64,000 nucleotides of DNA from Rickettsia typhi. Lineage in GTDB: Bacteria; Pseudomonadota; Alphaproteobacteria; Rickettsiales; UBA1997. Positions 26,853 through 36,258 of the stretch are shown here, piece after piece. Both the position numbers and the translations under genes were made by a program. The stretch covers positions 419-64,418 of the forward strand of contig CAMAXU010000003.1 of NCBI GenBank assembly GCA_945862455.1, given 5' to 3'. A model generated the notes under the pieces. The model did not search any database and was not told where the DNA came from. It saw only the letters and a program-made list of their open reading frames with translations. The stretch's first letter is position 1, and the number at the start of each line of letters is the position of its first letter.

Positions 26853-27686
26853 ATGGAACAAAAGCTTGAAGAAATCAAAAACGAAAATCGCCAAGAAGCT
26901 GACGAATATTTTGATTTCATCAAAAAATCTGTTGATGACGGTAGTTATTTTAAGGATGCCGTAAACTGGTATTTCTTTCGTTACGTTACCCCAATTTGCG
27001 ATCGTACCTTGTTGATTTTTGGCGCGATGATTGCATTCGTAGTTTTGTTTTTTTTGATTCAGATGGTGCGAAGCGCCTTTCCTTTGGTTGAACAAGTGCC
27101 GATTTTTATTCAAGCTGGAGATCGTTCACTTACATTTCCTAATCTTATCAATTTAAAACCAAAAAAAGGGCAGGATGGATATGATCCGCAAATTACAACT
27201 GTGGATGAAGCAGTAGCTAAATACCTAATTACGGATTATGTGAAAGAGCGCGAATCTTTTGATTTTAGAAGAGGTGAAATTGAAGATGTAAACAATAAAC
27301 TAAATCACATTAGAAATATTTCGACGGATAATGAATATAAGATTTTTAGATTGACAATGAGTAAGGATAATCCGGACAGTCCGATTAATTTTTATGGTCA
27401 AAATGTAGTTAAAAATATCCAGATCGATTCAATAAAATTAGTTAAAATAGAGCCAAAAGATTTTGCTCAAAAAGCACGTCAATATTTATCCAACAAAATT
27501 CCAACTGAAGCCGAAGTGCGCTTTAGTGCCAATACTAAATCTATTGATTTGGAAACTGGAGTAGTAACCGAGAAAAAAGATCGTTATATTGTTAAAATAA
27601 AATTTGCTTTTGATGGCGTTAAAAAAGGCGAAAAAGGCGTTATTAATTTCTTGGTCAATGGCTATAAACTCTATAAGGTAAAATGA
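26853..27686 (+). CDS. virB8: Type IV secretion system protein VirB8 family (Rickettsiales rvh-like)
   Basis: 277 aa with a cytoplasmic N-terminus, one TM (LLIFGAMIAFVVLFFLI) and a periplasmic domain with a YLITDYVKERESFDF motif. It is ATGA-coupled to the virB9 homologue downstream. Confidence 0.7.
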   Translation: MEQKLEEIKNENRQEADEYFDFIKKSVDDGSYFKDAVNWYFFRYVTPICDRTLLIFGAMIAFVVLFFLIQMVRSAFPLVEQVPIFIQAGDRSLTFPNLINLKPKKGQDGYDPQITTVDEAVAKYLITDYVKERESFDFRRGEIEDVNNKLNHIRNISTDNEYKIFRLTMSKDNPDSPINFYGQNVVKNIQIDSIKLVKIEPKDFAQKARQYLSNKIPTEAEVRFSANTKSIDLETGVVTEKKDRYIVKIKFAFDGVKKGEKGVINFLVNGYKLYKVK

Positions 27687-28633
27687 AAAAATTTCTATTT
27701 TGTTTTTTGGCAATTTGCTGCTTTTCTTCAATGGCTCAAGCTGTTCAATTGCCACGTTATCTTGGAACTGAAAAAAAATTCCGCAGCTATATTTACAATC
27801 CAAATGATGTTTACCGCTATATCGGGCATTATACTTACCAAGGTTTTATTGAATTTGAGGAAGGGGAAACTATCAGCACGATTTCAATGGGAGACCCATC
27901 TTTATGGTTGATTGAGAATTTGGGAAATCGTCTTTTCTTAAAACCAGTTGGCGAAGATAATTCTGAAACCAATATGACGGTTATTAGCAACAAGCGCGTT
28001 TATCATTTTGAATTAATGGCTAAAGAAGCGAAAGGTATTGCTGACAAAGATTTAATCTTCGTTGCTAAATTTGTTTATCCTGATGAAAAAGATAAAAACA
28101 TCGTAGAATTTCCAAAATCTTCACCATCTGATGAACCTGATATGCGTGATTTATCGCTTTATAATTTCGATTATCAATATACGGGAGAGCCAGCAATTGC
28201 ACCAGTCAAAGTTTTTGACAATGGTGAATTTACCTACTTCCAATTTACTAAGAAAAACGCGGAAATTCCGGCAATTTTCTCAGTTGACACTGGTGGTTTT
28301 GAATCGCTAGTTAACTTCAGATCTGCGGGCAGTTATATCATTGTTGAGCGCGTTTCGCCTCAATATACTTTGAGAAGCGGCAGCGACATTGTCTGTGTTT
28401 ATAACACCGATCTTTACACTAATGGTCGTGCTCGACAATCAACTTTAAAAAACAAAGATGGCGCGCCGCCGCAACCAACCAGTTTTGGCGCCCCATCTGC
28501 AGGAGGATCTTCTTCGGGCGGATCTTCAATGCCAGTGATGTTAGATAATACTTCGCAAGGTTCACAAGGTATGCCAGTAGGTATGCCAGCTGAAATGTCG
28601 CAAATGCCTAGAATGCCGGGTCAAGCTTATTAA
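27683..28633 (+). CDS. virB9: Type IV secretion system protein VirB9 family with a low-complexity C-terminal tail
   Basis: Signal peptide. N-domain (YIYNPNDVYRY...RVYHFEL) and C-domain (VFDNGEFTYFQF...SLVNFR...IIVERV) patterns of VirB9/CagX. An extra ~65-aa G/S/P/M-rich tail ends in MPVGMPAEMSQMPRMPGQAY. Confidence 0.8.
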   Translation: MKKFLFCFLAICCFSSMAQAVQLPRYLGTEKKFRSYIYNPNDVYRYIGHYTYQGFIEFEEGETISTISMGDPSLWLIENLGNRLFLKPVGEDNSETNMTVISNKRVYHFELMAKEAKGIADKDLIFVAKFVYPDEKDKNIVEFPKSSPSDEPDMRDLSLYNFDYQYTGEPAIAPVKVFDNGEFTYFQFTKKNAEIPAIFSVDTGGFESLVNFRSAGSYIIVERVSPQYTLRSGSDIVCVYNTDLYTNGRARQSTLKNKDGAPPQPTSFGAPSAGGSSSGGSSMPVMLDNTSQGSQGMPVGMPAEMSQMPRMPGQAY

Positions 28634-28650
28634 AAATCTAAATAGAAAAA

Positions 28651-31233
28651 ATGAACACAATTCCAAACTATAACCACAAAACTGCTGAAAAAAAATGGCA
28701 GCAAAGCTGGGAAGAAAAAGCGATTTTTAAATTTGACGAAAATTCTGCTAAAGAAAAATATTATGTGCTGGAAATGTTTCCTTATCCATCAGGAAAAATT
28801 CACATGGGACATTTGCGCAACTATACAATAGGCGATGCCATCGCCCGTTTTAAAAAGTTGCAAGGTTTTAATGTTCTTCATCCAATGGGTTTTGATGCTT
28901 TTGGCTTACCGGCAGAAAACGCTGCTTTAGAGCATAAAGTTCATCCAGAAAAATGGACTTTGGAAAATATTAAAACTATGAGTGCCGATTTAAAATCAAT
29001 CGGTTTGTCATTGGATTGGAGTCGCCAAGTTGTAACTTGTTTGCCCGATTATTACAAACATGAGCAAAAAATTTTCATCGATTTTTTAAAAGCTGGTTTG
29101 GCTTATCAAAAAGAATCTTTCGTAAATTGGGATCCGATTGACCAAACAGTTTTGGCAAATGAACAAGTAATTGATGGTCGCGGTTGGCGAAGTGGCGCGT
29201 TGGTGGAAAAGAAAAAATTGAATCAATGGTTTTTAAAAGTTTCTGATTTTTCAGAAGAACTTTTAGCTGAATTAAAAAACCTCAAAGGTTGGGACGAACG
29301 CGTTTTAACCATGCAAGAAAGATGGATTGGCAAAAGCGAAGGTCAAATTATCGATTTTAAACTTGCTGATTCTGCTGCGAAAATTTCAGTTTATACAACT
29401 CGTCCCGACACTTTATTCGGCGCTTCATTCATTGGAATTTCACCGCATCATCCAATTGCGCAAGAATTGGCGCAAAAAAACTCGGAAATAAAAACCTTCA
29501 TTGAAACTTGTAATCGCAATGCTGTTGACGAACAAACCATCGAAAAACAAGAAAAAACCGGCATTAAAACTGGTTTGCAAGTTGTTCATCCGCTAGATCG
29601 AAATTGGAAACTTGATGTTTATATCGCCAATTTCGTTTTAATGGAATATGGCACGGGAGCAATATTTGCCTGCCCAGCGCACGATGTTCGCGATTTTGAA
29701 TTTGCTAAAAAATATAATTTACCAATTAAGCAAGTTGTTGGGTCGGTTGTAGTTCATAATTCTGAAAATTTAATTCCAAATATTTTGGTTGAACCGCTTG
29801 ATGACAACGAGCGTTTGAAAGAATTAAATCTGCCTTATCTTGAAGATGGCATCATCATTAATTCTGATTTTTTAAACGGCTTAACTTGCGCGCAAGCGAA
29901 AGAAAAAGTTTTTGAAATTTTATCGGCAAAAAATGAAGCGACAAAAAAAATAAATTATCGTTTGCGCGATTGGGGCGTTTCGCGCCAGCGTTATTGGGGT
30001 TGCCCGATTCCAATTCTTTATTTGGAAGATGGAACAATTGTTCCAGTTCCAGAAGAAGAACTTCCGGTTGAATTGCCTAAAGATGTTGAATTTAATGGCT
30101 TGGGAAATCCTCTCGCACAACATCCGACTTGGAAATATACAACTTACAAAGGTAAAAAAGCGATTCGTGAAACCGACACTTTTGACACTTTTTTTGAAAG
30201 CTCTTGGTATTATTTGCGCTATATTTCTCAGCCTCAAGACCAAGCTTTTGATAAAGATGCGGCGAATAAATTCATGGCGGTCGATCAATATATTGGTGGC
30301 GTTGAACATGCGGTGTTGCATTTACTTTACGCTCGTTTTTTCACCAAAGCGCTAAAAAAATGCAGCTATTTAGATATTTCTGAACCTTTCGCGAACCTGC
30401 TTACACAAGGCATGGTTTGCCACCAAACTTTCAAAGATAAAGCTACGGGAAAATGGATTTTTCCAAATGATGCCGCAGCGCGCAGTGCTGACGAAGTGAT
30501 TTTAGGTCGCAGCGAAAAAATGAGTAAATCTAAAAAAAACGTAGTTGATCCATCGCACATTGTTGAAAGTTACGGTGCAGATACCGCGCGCCTTTTCATG
30601 CTTTCTGACACTCCGGCTTCGCGTGATTTAGATTGGTCGGAAGGCGGAATTGATGGCGCTTGGAAATATATAAATCGTTTGTGGAAATTGGTTATGTCAA
30701 ATATTGACAACAAAGGTGAGGGCGAAATTTCGCCAAGTCATCCAATAACTAAACTTACGCATAAAACCATTGCCATTGTCAAAGAAGAATTTGAAAAAAT
30801 GGGCTTTAACCGCTCAATTGCTAAGATCCGCGAATTTTCAAACGCTTTAGAAAAATTTGAACCAAAATCGACAATTGACAAAAAAGTAATGAATTTTGCT
30901 TTGAATAATTTGGTGATTTTAATTTCTCCAATCATGCCGCATTTAGCAGAAGAGCTTTGGGAAAAATTGGGAAATAGAACTTTGGTAAGTGCTGAAAAAT
31001 TCCCTGATTTTAATCCAGCTTTAATTTTGGAAGATGAAGTTGGAGTTGCAATTCAAGTTGCAGGAAAGCTACGCGCCGTAATTCAAATGCCAAAAGGAAC
31101 CACAAAAGAAGAAATGGAAAAATTGGCTTTTGAAAATGAAAATGTGAAGAAATTTATCGAAGGTAAGGAAGTTAAAAAAGTGATTTCAGTGCCGGATAAA
31201 TTGGTGAATATTGTGGTTGCAGGATCTATCTGA
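28651..31233 (+). CDS. leuS: Leucine--tRNA ligase
   Basis: 860 aa. HMGHLRNY (HIGH) and KMSKSKKN (KMSKS) motifs. Confidence 0.95.
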   Translation: MNTIPNYNHKTAEKKWQQSWEEKAIFKFDENSAKEKYYVLEMFPYPSGKIHMGHLRNYTIGDAIARFKKLQGFNVLHPMGFDAFGLPAENAALEHKVHPEKWTLENIKTMSADLKSIGLSLDWSRQVVTCLPDYYKHEQKIFIDFLKAGLAYQKESFVNWDPIDQTVLANEQVIDGRGWRSGALVEKKKLNQWFLKVSDFSEELLAELKNLKGWDERVLTMQERWIGKSEGQIIDFKLADSAAKISVYTTRPDTLFGASFIGISPHHPIAQELAQKNSEIKTFIETCNRNAVDEQTIEKQEKTGIKTGLQVVHPLDRNWKLDVYIANFVLMEYGTGAIFACPAHDVRDFEFAKKYNLPIKQVVGSVVVHNSENLIPNILVEPLDDNERLKELNLPYLEDGIIINSDFLNGLTCAQAKEKVFEILSAKNEATKKINYRLRDWGVSRQRYWGCPIPILYLEDGTIVPVPEEELPVELPKDVEFNGLGNPLAQHPTWKYTTYKGKKAIRETDTFDTFFESSWYYLRYISQPQDQAFDKDAANKFMAVDQYIGGVEHAVLHLLYARFFTKALKKCSYLDISEPFANLLTQGMVCHQTFKDKATGKWIFPNDAAARSADEVILGRSEKMSKSKKNVVDPSHIVESYGADTARLFMLSDTPASRDLDWSEGGIDGAWKYINRLWKLVMSNIDNKGEGEISPSHPITKLTHKTIAIVKEEFEKMGFNRSIAKIREFSNALEKFEPKSTIDKKVMNFALNNLVILISPIMPHLAEELWEKLGNRTLVSAEKFPDFNPALILEDEVGVAIQVAGKLRAVIQMPKGTTKEEMEKLAFENENVKKFIEGKEVKKVISVPDKLVNIVVAGSI

Positions 31234-31293
31234 TTTCAGCATAATTAAAAAATGGGGACTTCCCCCCAAAAAATTTTCAAACTAACTCACAGT

Positions 31294-31427
31294 CATGAAT
31301 GACCGCGAGTTTTTTTGTTAGATTCTATACCAAAGTAAAAATCTATTGAGTTAGAGAAGTTATTGAAAAGAATTGGTAAAAGAAGAAAGCTGATTTTTAG
31401 ACTCTCACTTTTTTAATTATGCCCAAG
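31294..31427 (+). repeat. Family-E intergenic repeat, copy 1
   Basis: Colinear similarity to 47947..48075: catgaatgaccgcgagttttttt, ttagagaagttattgaaa, aaagctgatttttag, tttttaattatgccca. Confidence 0.75.
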
Positions 31428-31466
31428 ATCTATAGAGTATTAACCAGCTAATAAAATAATCTTAAT

Positions 31467-32138
31467 TTAAGAAACTACTCCATCCTTAATCGAAACCACG
31501 CGGTCGGCTTTTTTTGCCAGTTCCATATTATGCGTAACCACCAAACATCCAATCTGATAAGTCTTAACCAAATTTTGCAAAAGCTCAAAAATTTTACCGG
31601 CAAATTCTGAATCCAGATTTCCTGTCGGCTCGTCCGCCAGAATCAATGAAGGCTTAGTTACAACAGCGCGAGCTAAAGCTACTCTTTGTTGCTGACCGCC
31701 AGATAATTCAGAAGGTTTATGATTTAAGCGATTGGATAATCCAACTTCTGCTAAAATTTTTTCAGCAATTTCAAAAGCTTCTTTGCGGCTTTTTTCCTGA
31801 ATCAAAAGTGGTAAAGCCACATTTTCTAAAGCTGAAAATTCCGGCAATAAATTATGAAATTGATAAACAAATCCAACGTGATTTTTTCTAATTTCAGTGC
31901 GAGTTTTGTCATTGGCTTTTGAAGAATCGATTTCGCCAATTAAAATCTGACCTGAAGTTGCATTGTCAAGCAAACCTGCAATTTGCAGCAAAGTGGTTTT
32001 GCCAGAGCCGGAAGGTCCGATCAAAGCCACTAATTCGCCCTTTTTAATTTCAAGATTAATACCTTTTAGGACTTCAATTTTTTGATCAGCTTGAAAAAAA
32101 TTCTTTTCAATATCGAGAAGTTTTAAAACTGTTGGCAT
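31467..32138 (-). CDS. lolD: Lipoprotein-releasing ABC transporter ATP-binding protein
   Basis: 223 aa. Walker A GPSGSGKTT, signature LSGGQQQRVALARA, Walker B LILADEPTGNLD. The LolD/MacB-type N-terminus is consistent; lolD is assigned by family resemblance. Confidence 0.7.
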   Translation of the reverse strand: MPTVLKLLDIEKNFFQADQKIEVLKGINLEIKKGELVALIGPSGSGKTTLLQIAGLLDNATSGQILIGEIDSSKANDKTRTEIRKNHVGFVYQFHNLLPEFSALENVALPLLIQEKSRKEAFEIAEKILAEVGLSNRLNHKPSELSGGQQQRVALARAVVTKPSLILADEPTGNLDSEFAGKIFELLQNLVKTYQIGCLVVTHNMELAKKADRVVSIKDGVVS

Positions 32139-32161
32139 GACTTTTTATAATTTAAACAATT

Positions 32162-32187
32162 CCAGCCATCAAATTCATGATGGCTGG
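32162..32187 (-). terminator. Hairpin between the carD stop and the lolD start (possible terminator/attenuator)
   Basis: 10-bp perfect stem ccagccatca/tgatggctgg with a 6-nt loop. The downstream U-run on the minus strand is weak. Confidence 0.45.
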
Positions 32188-32197
32188 GAAATAATGA

Positions 32198-33427
32198 TTA
32201 GCGTTTTTTTCTTTTTTTAGGTTTGTCATCATCATCGTAATCATCATCGTAATCATCGTCGCCATCTTCATCTTCTTCATCTTCGCTTTCTTCATCTTCC
32301 TCTTCTCCATCTTCTTCTTCGTCTCTTTCGATGCCATCAATTTCAAACTCATCAAATTCGTCTTTTTGAATAATTTTTCCTTCCGAATTTAATTTATCTT
32401 TGGCGGTTAATGTAACTTTGTCTTTAGCCTCTTCGAAATCAATTCCGTAGATTGCGCTATATTCGCTGGCTAAGCGGTTAATTGCAGTTTCGTAAATGAT
32501 TCGTTCGGAATAAGATCTTTCGCCATCTTCAATATCGCGGGTTAAATCGCGTAAAACTTCAGCTAAAAGCATGATGTCGCCAGAATTGATTTTTGTTTCA
32601 TATTCTTGCGCGCGACGGCTCCACATGCCTTTTAATTTTTTAACACCACTTCTTAAAATACTGAAAACTTCATCCATTTGCGATTTGGAAATTAAATGAC
32701 GCAAACCGATTTTTTCAGCACTATTCATTGGGATTTTAATCGTGAGTTTTTCTTTTTCGAAATACATCAAGTAGCAGCTGAGATCTTGACCCAAAACTAG
32801 GGTTTTTTCAATATCAACAATTTTACCGATTCCGTGAGAAGGATAAACCGCATAATCATCGGCTTTAAAAGTTGCTTTGAAACGGTTTTCCAATTTTTTA
32901 GTAAAGATCGCTTTTTGCGGAGCGTCATTTTTTCTTTCAACTGGTTTTTCAACCTCAATCTTTTTATCGCCGGTTTTGGCAAGAATGCTTTTAGCGAGCA
33001 TTGTTCCATGCTTAACTTTAGTTAGATCTTTTTCTTTTATTTTTGGTAAAGTTTTTACTTTTGCCGGTTTCTTAGCAATTTCTTTTTTAGTTTTTATAAC
33101 TTTTTTAGGCTGGATTTTTGGAGCTTTTTTTTTGGATACAGGTTTTTTAACTGCTTTTTTGCTAATTTTTTTAGCAGGTTTTTTAACTGCTTTGATTTTT
33201 TTTGGTGCAACTTTTTTTGACTTAATCGCAATTTTCTTTTTTGGAGCTACTTTCTTTACAACTTTTGCTGCCGGTTTTTTAACTATTTTTTGGGCAACTT
33301 TTTTTACCACTTTTTTTATGGGTTTTTTAATAGAAGTTTTTTTATTAGTTGCTGAAGTTTTGATAGTTTTCTTAACTGCTTTTTTCACTTCTTTTTTTAT
33401 GGGTTTTTTTAATTTTTTTGCCGGCAT
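32198..33427 (-). CDS. CarD/CdnL-family RNAP-binding regulator with a histone-H1-like N-terminal extension and an acidic C-terminal tail
   Basis: 409 aa. Residues ~1-135 are KKP/AKK/VKK repeats. Residues ~186-345 form the CarD_CdnL_TRCF core (DYAVYPSHGIGKIVDIE ... WSRRAQEYETKINSGD). Residues ~355-401 are D/E-only and the protein ends in KPKKRKKR. Confidence 0.85.
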   Translation of the reverse strand: MPAKKLKKPIKKEVKKAVKKTIKTSATNKKTSIKKPIKKVVKKVAQKIVKKPAAKVVKKVAPKKKIAIKSKKVAPKKIKAVKKPAKKISKKAVKKPVSKKKAPKIQPKKVIKTKKEIAKKPAKVKTLPKIKEKDLTKVKHGTMLAKSILAKTGDKKIEVEKPVERKNDAPQKAIFTKKLENRFKATFKADDYAVYPSHGIGKIVDIEKTLVLGQDLSCYLMYFEKEKLTIKIPMNSAEKIGLRHLISKSQMDEVFSILRSGVKKLKGMWSRRAQEYETKINSGDIMLLAEVLRDLTRDIEDGERSYSERIIYETAINRLASEYSAIYGIDFEEAKDKVTLTAKDKLNSEGKIIQKDEFDEFEIDGIERDEEEDGEEEDEESEDEEDEDGDDDYDDDYDDDDKPKKRKKR

Positions 33428-33659
33428 AAAATTTTAAATTATTAATTATAGGATTTTTTTTCAATATCGAAGGACGGGCTTCAACTAGATTTCGAACCCG
33501 CATAATACCTGCTTTTTGACTTGGTGCAAGAATTTTTTTTAAAAAAAATATTCTCATTTAAAAAAAGTTAAATAACGTGCGCACTCCTTAAATCTAAGAC
33601 ACTTTACTTAGCCTAAGCGCCACACCATATTTGACCTCCTAATAACCTTCCTTACTTCA

Positions 33660-35057
33660 TTGAAAGATATCATTAATAAACTGAAGAAATTGGATAAAAT
33701 GCAGATTTTATCTATGGTCGATCGCGCCATAGAACATCGCCTGTTTAAGCCTGTTGTTATTTCAATAATCACCAGCTTCGTTTTATTTCGCGGCGGCGCT
33801 TACATCCAAAACTTGGTGATTGATTACCGAGAATCTTCAGTACAAAAACTTCATAAAACACCAATCAAAATCAATCTCTCTTCCGAGGGAAAAAATTTTG
33901 ATATTGATGAAGAGCAAATCGTTGAACATAATGTTAAATCGGGCGACACAATGCTGAAAATCCTTGTCGATACTGGTGCGGATGAGCAAGATGTTTTTTC
34001 TATTTTAACTGCGATGAAAAAAGTTTTTAATCCTAAGTCAATTACCAGCGGGGATCGAGTTATCATAAAATATAGAGTCAAAGTTGCTTATGATTCTAAC
34101 CAAGCCAAAGAATCTGATAACGTAGCGCGCAATACTACAATTGATTCTGTAGAAATTTCTCCATCTCCGGAAGAGCGAATTATGGTTTCGAGAAAAAGTG
34201 ATGGCGAATATGATGCTCGTCAAATCCAAGTTAAATTGTTGCGTTACGTTTCTCGATATTTTGGAACTATAAAAAACGGGCTTTTTTCTGACGGAGTTGA
34301 ATCTGGTATTTCACCAAATTCAATGATGAATATGATCAATCTTTATAGCTACGATATCGACTTCCAGCGCGATCTACACGATGGCGACAAGTTTGAAATG
34401 TTAGTTGAAAGTTTTTACACCGAAGACGGCAAAAAAGTTAAAGATGGCAGCGTGTTATTTTCTTCGATTACTTTGCAAAATCGTGCTATCGAAATTTACA
34501 TGCATAAAGTTGACGGCAAGCCGGAATATTTTGATTCCAAAGGTAATAGTGTGCGTAAATCATTGCTTAGAACTCCAATTAACGGCGCTCGCGTTTCGTC
34601 GGGATTTGGCATGAGGCATCATCCTGTTCTTGGCTATTCTAAAATGCATAAGGGAATTGACTTCGCAGCTTCAACTGGTACGCCAATTCTGGCGGCGGGC
34701 AGCGGAACAATTATTCATTTTAGTGTTAAAGGTGGTTATGGAAATTTCGTCCAAATTAAACACAATGCTGATTATTCAACTGGCTATGGTCACGCTAGCA
34801 GATTTAATACAAAATTTCGCAATGGTTCAAAAGTTAAACAAGGAGATGTTGTTGCTTATGTTGGAACGACAGGTCGTTCAACTGGACCACATTTGCACTT
34901 TGAAGTAATTTATAAAGGACAACAAATTAATCCGTCAAAAGTTAAAGCTACTTCAGGTTTAAGGCTTGCTGGCAAAGAGTTGGCGCGTTTTGAGGCTGAC
35001 AAAGCAGAAATTAATAAATATCGCAAAAATATTCCAAATCAGATTAAAAATAAATAA
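33660..35057 (+). CDS. M23-family peptidoglycan DD-metalloendopeptidase
   Basis: 465 aa. HKGIDFAA and GPHLHFEV zinc motifs, plus a LysM/OapA-like segment (VKSGDTMLKIL). The TTG start at 33660 is uncertain; the next ATG is at 33699. Confidence 0.85.
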   Translation: MKDIINKLKKLDKMQILSMVDRAIEHRLFKPVVISIITSFVLFRGGAYIQNLVIDYRESSVQKLHKTPIKINLSSEGKNFDIDEEQIVEHNVKSGDTMLKILVDTGADEQDVFSILTAMKKVFNPKSITSGDRVIIKYRVKVAYDSNQAKESDNVARNTTIDSVEISPSPEERIMVSRKSDGEYDARQIQVKLLRYVSRYFGTIKNGLFSDGVESGISPNSMMNMINLYSYDIDFQRDLHDGDKFEMLVESFYTEDGKKVKDGSVLFSSITLQNRAIEIYMHKVDGKPEYFDSKGNSVRKSLLRTPINGARVSSGFGMRHHPVLGYSKMHKGIDFAASTGTPILAAGSGTIIHFSVKGGYGNFVQIKHNADYSTGYGHASRFNTKFRNGSKVKQGDVVAYVGTTGRSTGPHLHFEVIYKGQQINPSKVKATSGLRLAGKELARFEADKAEINKYRKNIPNQIKNK

Positions 35058-35058
35058 G

Positions 35059-36150
35059 ATGAAAATTATAAATATTCTTTTTAACCACAAAAGTTCTGCT
35101 CACGATAATAAAATTTTAGGAGTAGAAAGATGTTTTATAGATTACGCCAAATATCTGATTGCAAACGGCAATACTGTGGTTTCAGTAGCAAAACCAAACA
35201 TGGTTTATCAGCAAGATGTAAAAAAAACTGGGTGCAGGCTTTTTGAGCTTTCTAATTTTGGTCGCTTCGATATTTTTGCAATGTCGCGTTTGGCGCTTTT
35301 ATTTTTATCATTTAAACCTGACGCTATAATTTGTCACTCAGGACGAGCTTTATATCTGGCTCGCGCCGCGCGTTTTTTACGCGGCAGAAAAACCCCAATT
35401 ATTGTGATTGATCACGGAATTAATCCAAAAAAATTCCTTAAAGCTGATTATGTTTTAACTGTAAATTCCTTTTTCAGTAAAGAGTTGATCAAAGCCGGAA
35501 AAGCACCTGATACTGCTTTTGTAATTCCAAATATGATGGAAGTTCCGGCTGCTTTTATTGATCTTGAAAAAAAGCCATTTCAAAAAGTGATTAAACTTGG
35601 TTCTTTAGGTCGTCTTTATCCAGAAAAATATTTTGACAAGGTTTTGAAGGCGATGGCAATTTTGCGTAATCGCGGCATTGAATCGGACTATGTTATTGGC
35701 GGAGTGGGGCCAATGGAAAATCATCTTAACAATCTTGCGAAAGAGCTGGATTTACAAAAGAATTTTAAAATTCTTGGCTGGACTGACGATAAAAGAAAAT
35801 TTTTTGATAATATTGATATTTTTATTTTACCTTCTTTTGCCGAAACATTTGGAATTGTTTTGCTTGAAGCAATGCTTTATTCAACACCAATTATCACCAG
35901 CAATTCTTGGGGTCCGGACGAGGTTATTTTTAATGAAGTTGATGGTTTAAAAGTTTCTAAAGATGACGAAGCTAAAATGCCGGAATTATTAGCAGATGCG
36001 ATTGAGAGACTAATCGATGATGAAAATTTTGCTAAGAAAATGGCAGTTGCAGCAAAAGAAAAATTTTATGCAAATTATTCTGCAGAAATGGTTGGTAAAC
36101 AGTTAAACAGAATTATCGCCGCGATTGTTGAAAGGGAAAATAAAAAATGA
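35059..36150 (+). CDS. Glycosyltransferase family 4 (GT-B, group 1)
   Basis: Trimmed to the ATG at 35059, 1 nt after the M23 stop. E-x7-E region LPSFAETFGIVLLEAM. Confidence 0.8.
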   Translation: MKIINILFNHKSSAHDNKILGVERCFIDYAKYLIANGNTVVSVAKPNMVYQQDVKKTGCRLFELSNFGRFDIFAMSRLALLFLSFKPDAIICHSGRALYLARAARFLRGRKTPIIVIDHGINPKKFLKADYVLTVNSFFSKELIKAGKAPDTAFVIPNMMEVPAAFIDLEKKPFQKVIKLGSLGRLYPEKYFDKVLKAMAILRNRGIESDYVIGGVGPMENHLNNLAKELDLQKNFKILGWTDDKRKFFDNIDIFILPSFAETFGIVLLEAMLYSTPIITSNSWGPDEVIFNEVDGLKVSKDDEAKMPELLADAIERLIDDENFAKKMAVAAKEKFYANYSAEMVGKQLNRIIAAIVERENKK

Positions 36151-36258
36151 AGCAACAAATAAAAGGCTTGATAGAGAATTAAAAATGAACTCAAAAAATC
36201 AAATTTTTAGTAAAATGTTGGCTTGGAGTATGAATTTGTGTTTGGTATAATTAAAAAA

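Noticed and set aside
25868-28633. A genomic island or integrative element inserted at tRNA-Arg (tRNA followed by a repeat, cinA-like, virB8 and virB9).
   Set aside because: There is no integrase. I could find no direct repeat of the tRNA 3' end downstream. The segment runs straight into leuS, and the repeat next to the tRNA belongs to a dispersed palindromic family rather than an att site.
32152-33437. Long alternative-frame and antisense ORFs across carD (32152..32355 -, 32877..33437 +, 32797..33009 -, 32834..33025 +).
   Set aside because: These are artefacts of the Lys-codon (AAA/AAG) and Asp/Glu-codon low-complexity runs, which stay open in several frames and on the opposite strand. Only the frame containing the CarD_CdnL core is credible.
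33430-33659. A possible tRNA/tmRNA-like gene upstream of carD, suggested by a GGTTCGAAATC T-loop-like motif on the minus strand near 33495.
   Set aside because: I could not fold a T-stem, acceptor stem or anticodon arm around the motif, and no tag-peptide reading frame or CCA end is apparent. It is treated as promoter/leader DNA. tRNAscan-SE/ARAGORN would settle it.
36151-36258. A 21-codon ORF (MNSKNQIFSKMLAWSMNLCLV) between the glycosyltransferase gene and gap.
   Set aside because: It is too short, has no RBS-like sequence or conservation evidence, and is indistinguishable from chance in AT-rich DNA.
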